Notes: generated by a model from the sequence alone, not told the origin. A stretch of DNA of 64,000 nt from Dipteris shenzhenensis (GCA_047967505.1 CM106538.1); one strand, 5' to 3'; shown: positions 1 through 13,400, counted from the first letter of the stretch. A program made the numbers and translations.

Positions 1-1
1 C

Positions 2-1249
2 TAACTTAGTAACAGACACACAGAACAAACAAGGTACTAACCTCTGAGAAGATCCCGCTAGCTGAATCTGCATCTCTTCCGCTCTGGGACTTCCCTGCAT
101 CTCCACGTCGCACTCTGAGATCACCATCTCAGCCATCCGACGATCTTTATTACGTGGACAATCTCTCCACTGATGAGGTTGAAGGCAACCAAAGCATAAG
201 CCTTCTCTCCTCGCTTTTTCCCTTTGTTCTGGGTTCAAGGGAGACTTAGACCAAGCCCGGGCTGCCATTGGAGTTACTTTCCTCTTCACTCCAATGGTGG
301 TACTTGGTTTAGGAGTTTCAGCCGGTCTCGCCTGCTTGGCTTGACCACTCGGCTGCGAACCACTCCCTCTACTAGCCCACTTCTTCTTAAACCCAGATTT
401 CTTTGGATACCCATACTGGGTTCCAACCTGTGCAAACCCACTTGGCTTGCTGCCTTTGGCATCCTCGTAGTTCAGGGCTATAGCTATTGCATCATCTAGC
501 GTGTTCGCGTACTTAGCCCGAACTTCCATTTTTATTCGATCATTCAATCCAAATATGAAATCTTTCACTTGGATTGATTGAGGCAGGGGTTCATCAATCT
601 TCATTACACTCTCTCGAAACTTATCAGTGTATTCTGCCACTGATAAATTTCTCTGACGAAGGTTCCTATATTGATCCCAAGCTCGGGATGCTTCGTCAGG
701 AGGTAAGAAGTGTTTCCTGAACTCTCTTTTAAACCCCTCCCAGGTAGTGGATGCTATGCCATCTTTTTGTTGTTTAATCCACCACCGATCCGCTGCCTCA
801 CTGAACATGTGGGTGGCCTCGCGGATCTTTTTGATGTCATTTCTGATCTCACAAATGGCGAACGCCTCGTCCCATTTGTGTAGCCAGGTCTCAATGACAT
901 CGGAGCTACGGTCGTTCATCCGACCAGAATACTTTTCCGGTCTGTAATTTGCAATATTTGGCACTTTAGCCTTCCTAGGCTCGACCGTATGAACGCTAGA
1001 CTCCGGTTCCATTGGAGCCTTTCCCTTCTCCTCTCGAGAAGGTCTGGCAGACATACTCTGTAGTACTCTCCTAAGTTCGGACTGCCCTGCATTGGCTTGT
1101 AACTGCTGTGCTAACAACTGTTGCAAGGCATCTTCCAGCAATGCAATCCTGCCAGATAACGTATGAGCTACTGGGCGCGATCCCTGCTGGGTCGGCCGGA
1201 CTCCTGATCCACCAGGGTCCCTCCTGGAAGCCCCTTCTTCTGCTTCCAT
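2..1249 (-). CDS. Ty3/gypsy Gag(-Pol) N-terminal part; intact frame running off the window start
   Basis: ATG at 1249 opens a frame with no stop down to base 2 (MEAEEGASRR...PEKYSG...IETWLHKW...ADRWW...TTWEGFKREFRKHF...LRQRNLSVAEYTDKF...FIFGL). It ends with a zinc knuckle CFGCLQPHQWRDC. It is absent from the ORF track, presumably because it has no stop. Confidence 0.9.
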   Translation of the reverse strand, partial: MEAEEGASRRDPGGSGVRPTQQGSRPVAHTLSGRIALLEDALQQLLAQQLQANAGQSELRRVLQSMSARPSREEKGKAPMEPESSVHTVEPRKAKVPNIANYRPEKYSGRMNDRSSDVIETWLHKWDEAFAICEIRNDIKKIREATHMFSEAADRWWIKQQKDGIASTTWEGFKREFRKHFLPPDEASRAWDQYRNLRQRNLSVAEYTDKFRESVMKIDEPLPQSIQVKDFIFGLNDRIKMEVRAKYANTLDDAIAIALNYEDAKGSKPSGFAQVGTQYGYPKKSGFKKKWASRGSGSQPSGQAKQARPAETPKPSTTIGVKRKVTPMAARAWSKSPLNPEQREKARREGLCFGCLQPHQWRDCPRNKDRRMAEMVISECDVEMQGSPRAEEMQIQLAGSSQRLVPCLFCVSVTKL

Positions 1250-2222
1250 TTAATTCAATAGGTGTTTTGTTTTTGGGTTTTTTTTTTTTTTAATTAAAAA
1301 CACCACTAGAAAACTGTATTTACAAGCTGACACAATTCAACGTCCAATAGTCTGACACAATTCCCTATACTAGGGAATTCCTGCAATCCCCCCTGCGCAC
1401 TGACTGGGCATCAGATACATGCATAACCCAATAGCGCTTTTCCCCTATACTAGGGAAGCTACTACATTTTACTCTGACTGAAGCCCACAGGCATATCCTC
1501 AAGCATACTCTGTCCTTGCTACAGCATTAAAGCCTCACACAGGCTGATTATTCACGAGGTCCTATCTACAAAAAATATAGCCTCACCAGACTAAATCAAG
1601 GAGGGAAAAAAAACAACACGAAACTAATGGAGGTTGAAGAGAGCTTCCTGGTCATCCACGAACAGCCACACCCCCTTTTTGTTCCATGCAGATCGAGTCT
1701 CCAATTCCTGCAGCCTCCACGCTCTGTCTGCTTGCGAATAAAAAGCCTTCTCTGGTGTCGCGTATCCTTCAGATTGAGCTGTCCACGCCAACCTACGAAC
1801 TGTCGACGTATATATCGCCTAGCCCACGGACCATCTGCGTCGAATCACTGCAGCACGTCAAAACCTTCCACGTGAGCGCCACCACTCACGGACCTCGTCG
1901 GCAGTCTTCTAGTCGTCACCCTCGGGTGATTCGCTACCAGCACTCCCGCTACGCTCTTCCAAACCACCAATCCGTGCATCGACAGTTCTGACCACTCCCC
2001 CGGACTACGTGCACACAGGTCCTTCACGAGCTCACGCGACCCTTCAGGTGAATCCCTGCCCACGCGACGGCCAACACTAATCCTTGGGCAATTATCGAAC
2101 ATCCCGCTTGTGAGCTCTTACATGCGCCATCAACCCGTCACTGCTCGTCGACCAGCCAGCCTTCTCTATCCTAGGACTTTCCGCTGACCAGCGTCAATTC
2201 ATTCTCTCCTTCCCAACCTTGG

Positions 2223-2234
2223 GCTCTGATACCA
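2223..2234 (-). promoter_or_regulatory. Primer-binding site (tRNA-iMet) of the gypsy element at the window start
   Basis: Minus strand reads TGGTATCAGAGC, 3 nt after the LTR end ...GGTTACA. Confidence 0.9.
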
Positions 2235-2237
2235 AAA

Positions 2238-2702
2238 TGTAACCAGATTTTACTATCCTAGTCTCTGATGCAGATCACGGGAGTAGCACCTTGATCTTCC
2301 ACCCAGCCAATTCTGCCAAGACTTCGAAGAGAGAGAGATAGAGCTGTACACAAGATCACGTAAAAATCCCAATCCTTATCTTCTCTCACTAGCCTTGACA
2401 GACCCCAAATCCCTAGATAGATCTAGATGCCACATGTCATCCATATAGGGCCTTCCTAATGCAACATTTCACCCCTCTCTTGGGATGCATTTAATTCCTT
2501 GCCCCTAGGCACAATCTTTGCACTAGGCCCTTGGTCTCAGATCTATCTAGTCTGGTGCTATCAGCCCTCACCTAGGACCTTGACATTAATCCCTTCCGAT
2601 CATTTACATAAAGCGCAAACACATATATTACAAAGATAGATCCTATAAGGGAAATGTCGACTGATTCTTCCGAGGTCATGCTACCTCGACTAGAGCGTAA
2701 CA
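2238..2702 (-). mobile_element. 5' LTR of the minus-strand gypsy element (outer boundary 2702; alternative 2585)
   Basis: Minus strand TGTTAC...GTTACA abuts the PBS, and copia coding sequence starts abruptly at 2703. A second possible start (TGTCA) lies at 2585. Confidence 0.65.
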
Positions 2703-4689
2703 GGTACAGTGCAGAAAGCAAGGGGGAACGTCTCTACAATCCTGCTACACGCAAGATCATAGTCAGTAGAGATGTGATATTTGCTGAAATTTCAGCTCAC
2801 ACTCAGGCTGAATTTCAAATGTCTTCTTCTTCAGAGGATGTCTTTGAAGGGTTGCTACCCATTGCCTTGGGTTCCCCTACTGATATTTCTGATGCAAATC
2901 AGAATTTACAGCCACCTCCCGATGCTTTAGTTCCGCCACAGGATGTCTTGCTACCTCCACAAGCAGTGGAACAGGTGGTGCAGCAAGAAATCGCAGACAT
3001 ACATGCAGCAAAAACAGTCCCAAACTCGCTGTTACAGACTCTCAGGGAGAGTAAAATTGATGCTCCATTACCTGGCAGAACTCGCAGTGCAGCAAGGCAC
3101 ATGGAAGGTGCTAATTCAATGGAATCAGCATATGAAGGTACTCTTCTTGATGAGGAGGAGCCTGCCACATTCGAAGAGGCAAAGGACAATGTGCATTGGA
3201 TGAATGCCATGCACGATGAGTTGCAATCCATTGAAAAAAATCAGACTTGGGATGTTGTAGACTTGCCACCAGGTAAACATGCCATTGGCACACGATGGGT
3301 TTTCAAGGTCAAACGGAAGCCAGATGGCTCCATTGACAGATACAAGGCAAGGCTGGTTGCTAAAGGCTATGCTCAGAAAAAGGGCATAGATTATAAGGAG
3401 ACATTCGCTCCTACATCCCAAATGACCACCATCCGATCAGTTATTGCAATGGCTGCACATTTTGAGTGGAATGTTCATCAGTTGGACATAAAAACAGCCT
3501 TCTTAAATGGGGACTTGCTGGAAGAGATGTATGTCAAACAACCTCCAGGCTTTGAAATTACAGCAAATGCACTTCAAGTATGCAAGCTAAACAAAGCTTT
3601 ATATGGGCTGAAACAGTGCCCTCGTGCATGGTATGCCAAGATTCATGCCTTTTTGACCAGCAAGGGGCTGCACAATAGTCCTACTGAGAGCACCCTCTAC
3701 ATCAAGATGGATGGGGGGAAAATTTTAGTCATCCTTCTTTATGTCGATGACTTACTGCTCACAGGGTCCAATGAAGATAAAATTGCAGATTTCAAAGCTG
3801 ATTTGCAGACCAACTTTGACATGTCAGATTTGGAGCTGCTTCACTTTTATTTGGGGATCCAGTTCTCTCATGAGAGACGTGGCACTGTTATGTCTCAGTC
3901 CAAGTATGTACAGAAACTCTTGGTCAGATTTAACATGCATGACTGTAAGCCCATAGCAACTCCCATGGAGCCGAGGCTGAAACTCACAATGCATGATGCA
4001 GGAGAATTAGTTGATGCCACACTTTACAGTCAGGCTGTTGGATGCCTCATATATCTCTGCAACACTAGACCTGATATTCAGTTTGCAGTATCTCAGGTGA
4101 GCAGGTACATGCACAGCCCAAAAACTATGCATTGGCAGGCAGTTAAGCGCATCTTCCGTTATTTGCAGGGCGCGAAGTCTTTTGGCTTGCTATTTCCCAG
4201 GGGGGTGACTTGCAGATGCATGCCTACAGTGATTCAGATTGGGCTGGTGATTATGACACTAGGCAGTCCACTAGTGGCAATTGTTTATTTTTGGGTAAAT
4301 CTTGCATTTCCTAGCTGAGCAAGAAACAATCTACAGTGGCTACCTCATCATGTGAAGCTGAGTACAGGGCAGCTTTCACAGCAACAGTTGAATGCGTCTG
4401 GCTGCAACGTCTATTTGCTGATCTTCATCTGTCTTTGGAGGGTCCTTCTCCAATTCTCACTGATAGTCAGAGTGCCATTGCAATGGCAAAGAATCCAATG
4501 TTTCATGCTCGCACGAAGCACATTGAGGTTCACTATCACTACGTCAGAGAGAAGTTGCATGCAGGAGAGATCAGTATGATCTTTGTGTCCACACATGACA
4601 ACGTTGCAGATATTTTCACCAAAGCACTACCACGTGAAAAGTTTGAGGCATTTCGCAGTGCCCTGAACTTATATACGTTTGGTGATTGA
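2703..4689 (+). pseudogene. Ty1/copia pol 3' half (post-integrase SH3, RT, RNase H)
   Basis: Motifs YSAESKG.RLYNP...SRDVIF, YKARLVAKGY, QLDIKTAFLNG, LYGLKQ, LYVDD, SDSDWAGD, TKHIEVHYH, ADIFTK. There is a 1-nt frameshift in the G run at about 4200-4205 and a TGG>TAG stop near 4312. Confidence 0.95.
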
Positions 4690-4724
4690 TCAGCCTTGTA
4701 CATGACATTGGCACTGCAGGGGGG

Positions 4725-4989
4725 TGTTAGAATTATAGATATAATTCAGCAGTGACCAATGTAACTTAATAAGCTAGTTAGGGGCACTTTTCCCTCATTA
4801 AGAGGTTTTTTTCCCTAACCGTAGTTAGTTCACTAACTATGGTTAGTGACTACTAAGGTTTTGTCCTAGTGACAAAACCTTATCTCTTACTCTTTGAGTT
4901 GTACTCTTTACACTCTTCTATTGCAACTCAGCTCTCAAGCTCTCAATCTCTTGCTCTCTCTCTCTCCGCATTCTCTCACAAGGACATCA
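4725..4989 (+). mobile_element. Copia 3' LTR preceded by polypurine tract
   Basis: PPT aggggggg-like run at 4718-4724, then TGTTAG...ACATCA; gypsy gag sequence follows directly. Confidence 0.75.
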
Positions 4990-7659
4990 AATCTGAAAAT
5001 AAAAATAATGGCAAACGACCATTTCAAAAGGGAGGAAAAGCCCAATTCAAAGCTGGTCAAAGGCGTGGACAGCCTAATAAACAGCCCTATACCAAGTTAT
5101 ATGATGAAGAGAAAAAGTCACTCATGGAGCAAAACAAATGTTTTATATGCAAAGGAGAGGGACACCACTCTTATGATTGCCCATTCAAGAAAAGAGATAG
5201 GTCAGATGATGATAAGAATGGTGATAAACAGGCTGGTCGGAAGGGCAAAAGGCCTAAACCTTCCGCAGGACTTCTTCCAAATGTGATTGGGAGTTTGCCA
5301 CATGCACATGATGAAGAAGAAATGAAAAAGACTAAGATGTGCAGAGCATGGGGAAAAATCAGAAATCAGAATTGTTTGTTTTTCTTTGATTCTGGGGCAA
5401 AGGCGAATTTCATAACTCCTGATATGGCAGGAAGGCTTGGCATCAAGCCTGAGGAAATGGGGCCATCCGGCATGTGTGATATGGCCAACCCTGAACTCAA
5501 CACACCTGTCACTCCTATCATTGGCAAGTTAAGGATGCATATCCAAGGATATCAGGATGCAGAGGACTTCTACATTATGCCTTTGCCAGAGTGTGATGCT
5601 TTGCTTGGGATGCCTTGGATGTACAGGGTGGGGGGCTGATGTGCAGATGAGAAACAAGAAGATTTCTTTAACTCATAGAGGCAAAAATCATGTACTTGAT
5701 GTAAAGTTGAAAGGGCAGTCCATCCCTGTAGTTTCAGCTTCTTGTATTTCCAATGTACTAAAGCGTCATATTTCAGCGTACTTGATTTTTGTCAAAGAGG
5801 ACAGCCAACCAGTTCAAGAAGGCTCTACTCTTTTTGCTTTAGATAGAGAAAGGGCTGCTTTTATTTCAGGTTTTCAGGATTGTTTCTCAGATGCACTTCC
5901 TCAAGAATTACCTCCCAAGAGGCCCGAGGATCATCAAATTGATATAATTCCAGGAAGCTCACCGCCTAATATACCTCCCTATCGTGTCAGTAAGGCAGAA
6001 TAGGAAGAGATAATGTCACAAGTGAAGGAACTCTTGGAAAAGGAATTAATACAACCAAGTAATTCTCCTTAGTGTTCCCCTGTGTTGCTTGTGCAAAAGA
6101 AGGATGGCAGTTGGAGAATGTGTATTGATTATAGGGCTTTGAATAAAGTCACAATTAAGAACCGTTTTCCAATTCCACGCATTGATGATATATTAAATCG
6201 GTTGGAAGGTTCCTCAATGTTCAATCGTATTGACTTTAAAAGTGGATACCATCAAATAAGGATACGGCCTGAAGATGTCTACAAGACTGCCTTCCGCACT
6301 TCATTTGGCTTATATGAGTTCCTTGTGATGCCTTTTGGTTTGACTAATGCACCTACCACTTTCAATAGAATGATGGACAGAATTTTTAGAGCACACGGAA
6401 AGTTTGTGGGCACTTTCTTCGATGACATCATTGTGTTCTCTAAAAATGAGCAGGAGCATAGGAAACACCTCACTATTGTGTTTCAAGAGTTGAAAAGACA
6501 CAAGCTATTAATAAACACCAAGAAAAGTGAGTTCTTTATGCATGAGATTCATTTTCTCGATCATATACTGTCAAAGGATGGAGTCAAGATGGATCCTGCA
6601 AAAGTTGAGGCCATAAGGAAATGGCCAATTTTGAAAAATCTGCATGAAGTCAGAAGCTTTCTTGGGTTGTGTTCATACTATCGGAGGTTTATAAAGTACT
6701 TTGCAGAAATTGCTTCTCCCTTGCATGCTTTACAAAAGAAAGCTGTACCGTTTCGGTGGGGACCAAAGGAAAATGCAGCTTTTGAAAACCTGAAGCAAAA
6801 GTTGTGTTCTGAACCCGTTATTATCTTACCAAATCTTGCAAAACCCTTTGCTGTAACTTGTGATGCATGTGGGAACAGCATAGGAGGCACTTTGATGCAG
6901 GATGGCAGAGTGGTTGCATAAGAGAGTAGAGTTCTCAAATATGCTGAATTGTACTTGCAGACATACGAGAAGGAAATGTTAGCAATGATACATGCTTTGA
7001 CCACATGGAAACGTTACCTTCTTGGAGCTGATTTTTATGCGCAGACAGATCATCAGTCACTTAGATATTTTCTCACGCAAAGAAAATTATCTGAAAAGCA
7101 CATGAGATGGGCTAACTCCCTCTCAATGTTTCATTTTCAAATTGTACATGTGCCGGGTAACAAAAATGTCGTGGCTGATGCACTTTCCAGGAAACCACAA
7201 CCTGAAGCAGTCTCCAAGAAACCCAGTGTTTCAGCAGTGAGCACTACTTACAACAATGTGTTAGATGTGATGAAAGATCAATATGTTAATGATGCTGATT
7301 TTTCAACTATTTATGATCAGCTTTCTGATGGTCAAAGGCATGATCACTATATGTTGAAAGAGGGTTTCATTTTGATGCATGGACGGCTCTGTGTCACTGA
7401 TCAGATGCGACTGAAAGTCATAATGGAAAGTCATGCTCCTCCATATGTAGGACATAGGGGAATTACAGCAACAATTACAGCAGTGGAGCAATACTTTTAT
7501 TGGCCATCTTTGAGGAAAGATGTGGAAGAATATGTAAGAACATGCATGGTTTGTCAGAAAGTAAAGTTTGACAGGCAGAAGGCACCTGGGTTGTTACACC
7601 CTTTGCCAATTCCAGATAGACCATGGCAAAGCAAAGCTATGGATTTTGTGTTTGATCGT
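4990..7659 (+). pseudogene. Ty3/gypsy (chromovirus-like) gag-pol: zinc knuckle, protease, RT, RNase H, integrase N-terminus
   Basis: CFICKGEGHHSYDC, FDSGA, WRMCIDYRALN, VMPFGLTNAP, FFDD, CDAC...YEKEM...TDH, H...H...CMVC, MDFV. It has a frameshift near 5635, several stops, and is truncated at 7659. Confidence 0.95.
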
Positions 7660-9024
7660 TGATGCATCATGACTATTGATCGTCGAGGATCACATAGATT
7701 TTGAGCAGTGTATATGGATGGATGCATGCCTCTCCTAGCCATATTTTCATTGTCTCTATATACAATAGCTGCAGCTTTCTTGTATACTCTTTCATGGTTT
7801 TTCAGCCTCCTTCAGCTGAATTCCGTTTTTCTTCATAACTCCTCACCCGTTTGGATTCCTCGACTTCCGTTTGACCCAATGGCTTCCCCTCTGCCTCCCC
7901 TTCGTAGTGATATGCTTTTCCTCCGTGCGTTTGGTAGAACGGGTAGAGCTGAGCACTTCTTTTCCTGGTCAAATTTGCAAAAGTGGCTTTTTCTAGACCT
8001 TTTTGCTTCTACTGCCTCCTAGGCCTCTCCTCTTGCAAAGCTACAGCTTTCTGTTGAATTTTGAGTGGTCCCACGCGCTGGTTGACTGGTTTTTCTCAGC
8101 TTTGGAGGACTTTCCGGCGATGAAACTTCTCCAAAACCTTCTCAATGCATTCCTCTCTGAAGCACGCTTCTTTTGAGCCCAAGAACTCCCACTTCTTCGC
8201 AACAGAAGTGCTTCTTTTCACATTTTTCAGTGGAATTCTTGCTTGTCGGCTCTTGTAAATGCTCTTTCTTCATGCCTTTGCACTCCTCTTTGGCTGAGAA
8301 TGCAATTGGGCATTGGCTACTATGTCCTCTTGGCGATTGAGGACTTGGTTCGAGTTTTCAGGGCTTGGTGAGTTGTGATTTTGCTGCTGCAATTTCTTTT
8401 TGCCATAAGCTATTGGTTGGCCTCGTGTGCCGCCTCTTTCTTGGCTCACAGGTACCCAGGCACTGCTACATGAGTCATTCTTTGGTTGGGTACTTTGCTG
8501 ATTTTATTTTGGAGCTTTGAAAAGCTTTGTGAATGCCATCTGGAAACCACTCAAAGAGAGTGCAGCTCGGGTGCAGTGTGATTGCATATGGACAGCCAAT
8601 GGAATTGCACTCGGAAAAGAGAATGCCTTTGGGTTGAGCCTATGGGTTAAGTGCACTTATGTGATGGTGTTCTATGCTTGAAAGCCTTGCGAAGGCTTAG
8701 TGAATTGGGGCTGCGTGCTCAGTTGCAGGGAAGGTCTCCCAGATGCAACTTGTAATCATTTCACCGTGAAATATAAAGAAATACCGAAAGGGGCGCCACG
8801 GTGTTTGGGGCCAATCGGGTGCACTTGTCTATGTTTGTTGAGCACGGGCATTCTAGCCTCCATCCCTTTTTCAGTGGTTTTGTTTGTGAGCAAATGGGTA
8901 AATACCAAATGGTGATCATGCAATGGTTAATGGTTGTGATATATGCTTTGTGAGCTGTAAATAAGTGCTGAAGTGATTAAAGGTTTAGTTCCACTGCCCT
9001 CTGAGTGATTAGAGGCTGGTTTCA
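7660..9024 (+). mobile_element. Solo or recombinant LTR of about 1.36 kb
   Basis: Starts TGATG exactly where the integrase coding stops and ends TTTCA exactly where a different gypsy's coding starts. It is non-coding. Orientation is uncertain. Confidence 0.6.
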
Positions 9025-10437
9025 GTCAAGACAAATCACCAAGCACTTAAGGGGCTTCAGACAATGCCTAGTTCACAATGGAGTGATTGGTAGTAACAAT
9101 GGAGCCAGATATTCCAGCAAGTTTGGAATGATCGAGTACGTCCCAACGAAAACAACCCCATTGCCGATGCTCTAAGTCGGAAGACCATTGAGAAGGCCAT
9201 TGTGCTCGAAATCAAAGGAAAGGATCTAGATAGTATGAAGGCATCGTACACGGATTTAGCACAATTGGGCACACAGTTCCACTTAGCTACGATTCTTACT
9301 CCAAGCCATTACTCAGTAGAGGACGGTTGGCTTTTCTTTAAGAAAAGATTATGTGTACTCAAAGACAAACGGCAATTACTTCTTCATGATGCCCATGACG
9401 CTATTTCTATTGACCAAAGATGCAAAAGGACGTATACAACTATGTTTAGAATTGTCAGATATGCCAAAACGTCAAGGCTTCCCACAAAAAAGCAACTGGC
9501 TTACTTATGCCCTTGACAATACCCGACAATCTTTTCCAAGACATAGGTATGACCACTTCCGACATCCACAGGTACACGTAACACTCAATGTTTTACTATT
9601 GTTTGTCGCTTAAGTAAATATTGTATGCTTATTCCCTACAAATAGACGGCCAACGCTGAAGATGTAGCTCGTTTGTTCATAAAGTATTAGTATCCCATTG
9701 GAGGGTTGCCAAGGACCATCACATCCGATAAGGACTCCAAATTCACGTCTAATTTTTGTGAAGCCTTATTTGATAATTTTAACACTAAGCTGCACATATC
9801 CAATACTTTCCATCCACAATCAAATGGAGAGACGAAAAGGTATAATGGTATGACGTTTGATATTCTCAAATCATATTGTCATGATGCTCAGGGAAAGTGG
9901 GCGTAGTTTCTTTCGCTTGTGCAGGCCATGTTGAATGATACCTATTCTTCAAGCATTGGTCGCAAACCTTATAAAGCGGCGTTTGGACGGCGGTTTACAT
10001 CACTCCTCACCCGAACAATGTCTCCATCTCTTGAAGCTAACAAAACCACCGAATCGATGAAAAAGATTACGGAGTCCGTGAAAACCCACATAGCTAAAGC
10101 TCAAGCATCGTACATGCGCCAGGCTAACAAATCCAAACCAAATTTCCAGTATAAAGAGAATCAATGGTTGTATTTATGCATTATCAAGCAAAGATTGAGG
10201 TAGGTGGGTAAGTGATGCCCTAAGCTGTCTTTCAGGAGCTTTGGGCCATTCCCTATTATTCAAAAGATCAATGATGTCTCAATGATGTTATGCCTTACGG
10301 ACAGTTAGACTCTGCACAATGTGTTCCATGTAGCTTCATTGAAACCGTATTTTGGACCTCATCTTACCGGGATTTTCGACAAGCAGCAACCTGAATTTCT
10401 TGACGAAGCCTAAGTTTTGCAACCAGAGCAGATCCTT
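9025..10437 (+). pseudogene. Decayed gypsy RNase H end and integrase
   Basis: VKTNHQALK, NPIADALSR, PRTITSDKDSKFTSNF, FHPQSNGET, FGPFPI, HNVFHVASLKPY, with many stops. Confidence 0.9.
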
Positions 10438-13400
10438 CAAAATGGCATGCACAACTGGAAGAAACTGCTCCCACTTTCCCTGAGCATCATGACAATATGA
10501 TTTTAAAATATCAAATGCCATACCATTATGCATTTTCGTCTCTCCATTCGATTGCGGATGGAAAGCATTGGACATCTGCAACTTAGTACCAAAATTATAA
10601 AATAGGGCTCGCCAAAAATTAAACGTTAACTTAGAATCCATGTCAGATGTGATGATCCCCGGCATCCCTCCAATGGGATACGAATACTTTGTGAACAAAA
10701 GAGCTACGTCTTTAGCACTAGCCGTCTACTTGCAGAGAATAAGCATACAATATTTACTAAAGTGATAAACAATAGTAAGACATTGAGTGTTACGCGCACT
10801 TGCGGATGCTGAAAGTGGTCCCACGAAGTCCATTGTTCTATCTTGGAAAGGGCCGTCTGGGATGTGGGCAATGGCATAAGTAAGTCAACCGCCTTCTTGT
10901 GGGAAGCCTTGACCTTTTGGCAGATCTGACAATTCTGAAAATAGTCATATACGGCCAATAGAAATAGCTCTCTAACTCCTCCAAAGTACCATTGATACCT
11001 CAATGACCACCAGTGAAGATGTCATGGACATCATGAAGAAGTAACTGCCGTTTGTCTTTGAGTACACATAATCTTTTCTTATAGAAAATTCAACCGTCCT
11101 CTACTTAGTAGTGGCCTAGAGCAAGAGTTCTAGCTAACTAGAACTATGTGTCAAACTCTGCTGAATCTGTGTATTGTGCCTTTATACTACTGAGATCTTT
11201 TCCCTGAATCTCGAGCACAACAGGGTGGTTTTTTTCAGGGATGAACTCAATCATTCTCCCAAACTACTAGAATATTTGGCTCCACCGTTGTTGCCGATCA
11301 CTCCATTGTAAACTAGGCATTGTCTGAAGCCACTTAAGGGCTTGGTGATCCGTAGAGTAAAGGCTTCCAATGTTTCAATGCATGAATGACACTAAGTAGG
11401 CTCTCTATCATAAATTGAATAGTTCTTTTTCTTATTGTTGAGCTTCTTACTGTAATATGCCATGCTTGTCGCTGATCACTCCATTGTAAACTCGACAGTG
11501 TCTGAAGCCACTTAAGGGCTTGGTGATTTGTCTTTATTGTGAAAGTCCATCCATAGAGCAAAGGCTTCCAATGTTTCAATGCATGAATGACACTAAGTAG
11601 CTCTCTATCATAAATTGAATAGTTCTTTTCGGCATCATTGAGATTCTTACTGTAATATGCCATGGACCTATCCTCTTGCTGTAAAACTGTCCCAATGGCA
11701 ACATTGCTTGCGTTTGTGATTACCAAAAATGGATCATCCCAAAAGGCAACCTTCATGACAGGTGTTGTTGCGACCAACCTTTGCAAATTATGGAAGCTTT
11801 GCATGTAACTTAAATCTTTTGTCTAAGGGTCTTTACCCCCTTGAGTAACCTGTAAGTGGGGCTGCATATGTTGAATCCATCCATATGCGAGCTGTAGGCT
11901 TAACACAAACACACAAAGGACCAAATCTCTTGAGCCGTAGTGGAGACAGCCTAACTGGTGATGGCTTGAATCTTCTTTGGATCTAATCGAATCCCTTCAG
12001 CACTAATAAAGTATCCCAGATATTGGATTTCCAGCGACCCAAACTCACTTTTCTTTGCATTGAGTTATAGCTGATTATCGCGCAATAACTGTGAGGCACA
12101 TCGCACATCCTTAATATGCTATGCTACTGTAACAGAAAAGATAAGGATATCATCGAGAAAAATGAACAGGCACTTTCCAATATAATTTGCAAATACCCAA
12201 GACATCATCTTGTTAAACGATTTTGGGATGTCAGCTTCAAAAATACGGACTTGGTGGTAGCCACTCTTGAGATCGATTTTTGAGAAAAAAATTGCACCAT
12301 TGAGCCTTTCCAAGATATACTCGATGCGAGGCATAGGGGACTTGTCACTTACTGTAAGCTTGTTGAGTGCTCTTTAGTCCACATATAAATGTGCGGACTT
12401 ATCCTTCCTTGCCACAAACAAAATAGGCGCAGAGAATGGCGAAAATGACGATCTTATAAGCCCGAGACAACTACTGCTCTAACTCCCCCTCCATAGACTT
12501 AGAAACTCGGTAAGGAAACTTACTTGGCGGTGTGGAGTCCAAAATCGAATCAATGCAATAGTCTTCCGATCTGGGTAGAGGTAGCTGGGGTGGGAGATCA
12601 TCCCGGAGCATAATGTCTTGGAACTAATGGAGTAGATCCACCATTGCTTGCCCCATCGGAGAAGCGACCTAGCACTGGACATAAACAACTGCACACATTG
12701 CACCCTTGCGGACGGCATGTCTTGCTTGGATATGAGATATTAACGAAATCCCTAGTATGCTTCGATCACCGCGTATCACAACGGGCTCAAGTAAACCTTC
12801 CACAATCGTGAAGCTATCTTACCGCCAATCATGCGTCGGTACATACTCACAGAACCACTGAATCCCATGGATCGTGTCACATTCCATTAAAGGTGTCTGT
12901 ATAAACTCCCGTAAAAAAGGCCTTCTGAACTAAATAAGTAAAATGGATGGCCTTACGTGTGATGTGTGTGCGCGAGCCGGGTGTGAACCTGTCCACTGCA
13001 AGCTCGTGAGGCACCAAAGTGCACCCCACTGTCTTGGCAAGCTAAGAGGAGATGCCATCTTTTCAACTCCCCATATCAAACAGAACAATTAAGTGATGTC
13101 CGTTAGCTGTACCATATGCTCGAATAAGAGCCTTCTTTTGGTCTGAGAGGTCGTCCTCCTCCTTACCTTGAAAGACCAACGAGGGAACGGCGTTCAAAGT
13201 AGGGAGGGTGGCATTTGTAGCTAAGGCTGGTGGTGGGGCTGAAAGAGCCAATACATTGGCGACAGACAAAGTAGGCGCTTTCACAACCTTTTCGATGAGC
13301 CACTTAGGACAATCCTTCTTGTCGTGCCTAGCGATGTGGTGACAATGAAAGCAACGATGTTCTTAGTGATACCGCTTTCGTTTGTCAGGCTGTAGATAGC

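Noticed and set aside
6415-6426. FFDD (and FLDD near 12150) instead of YxDD in RT
   Set aside because: F at this position is common in plant chromovirus RTs, so it is not a novelty.
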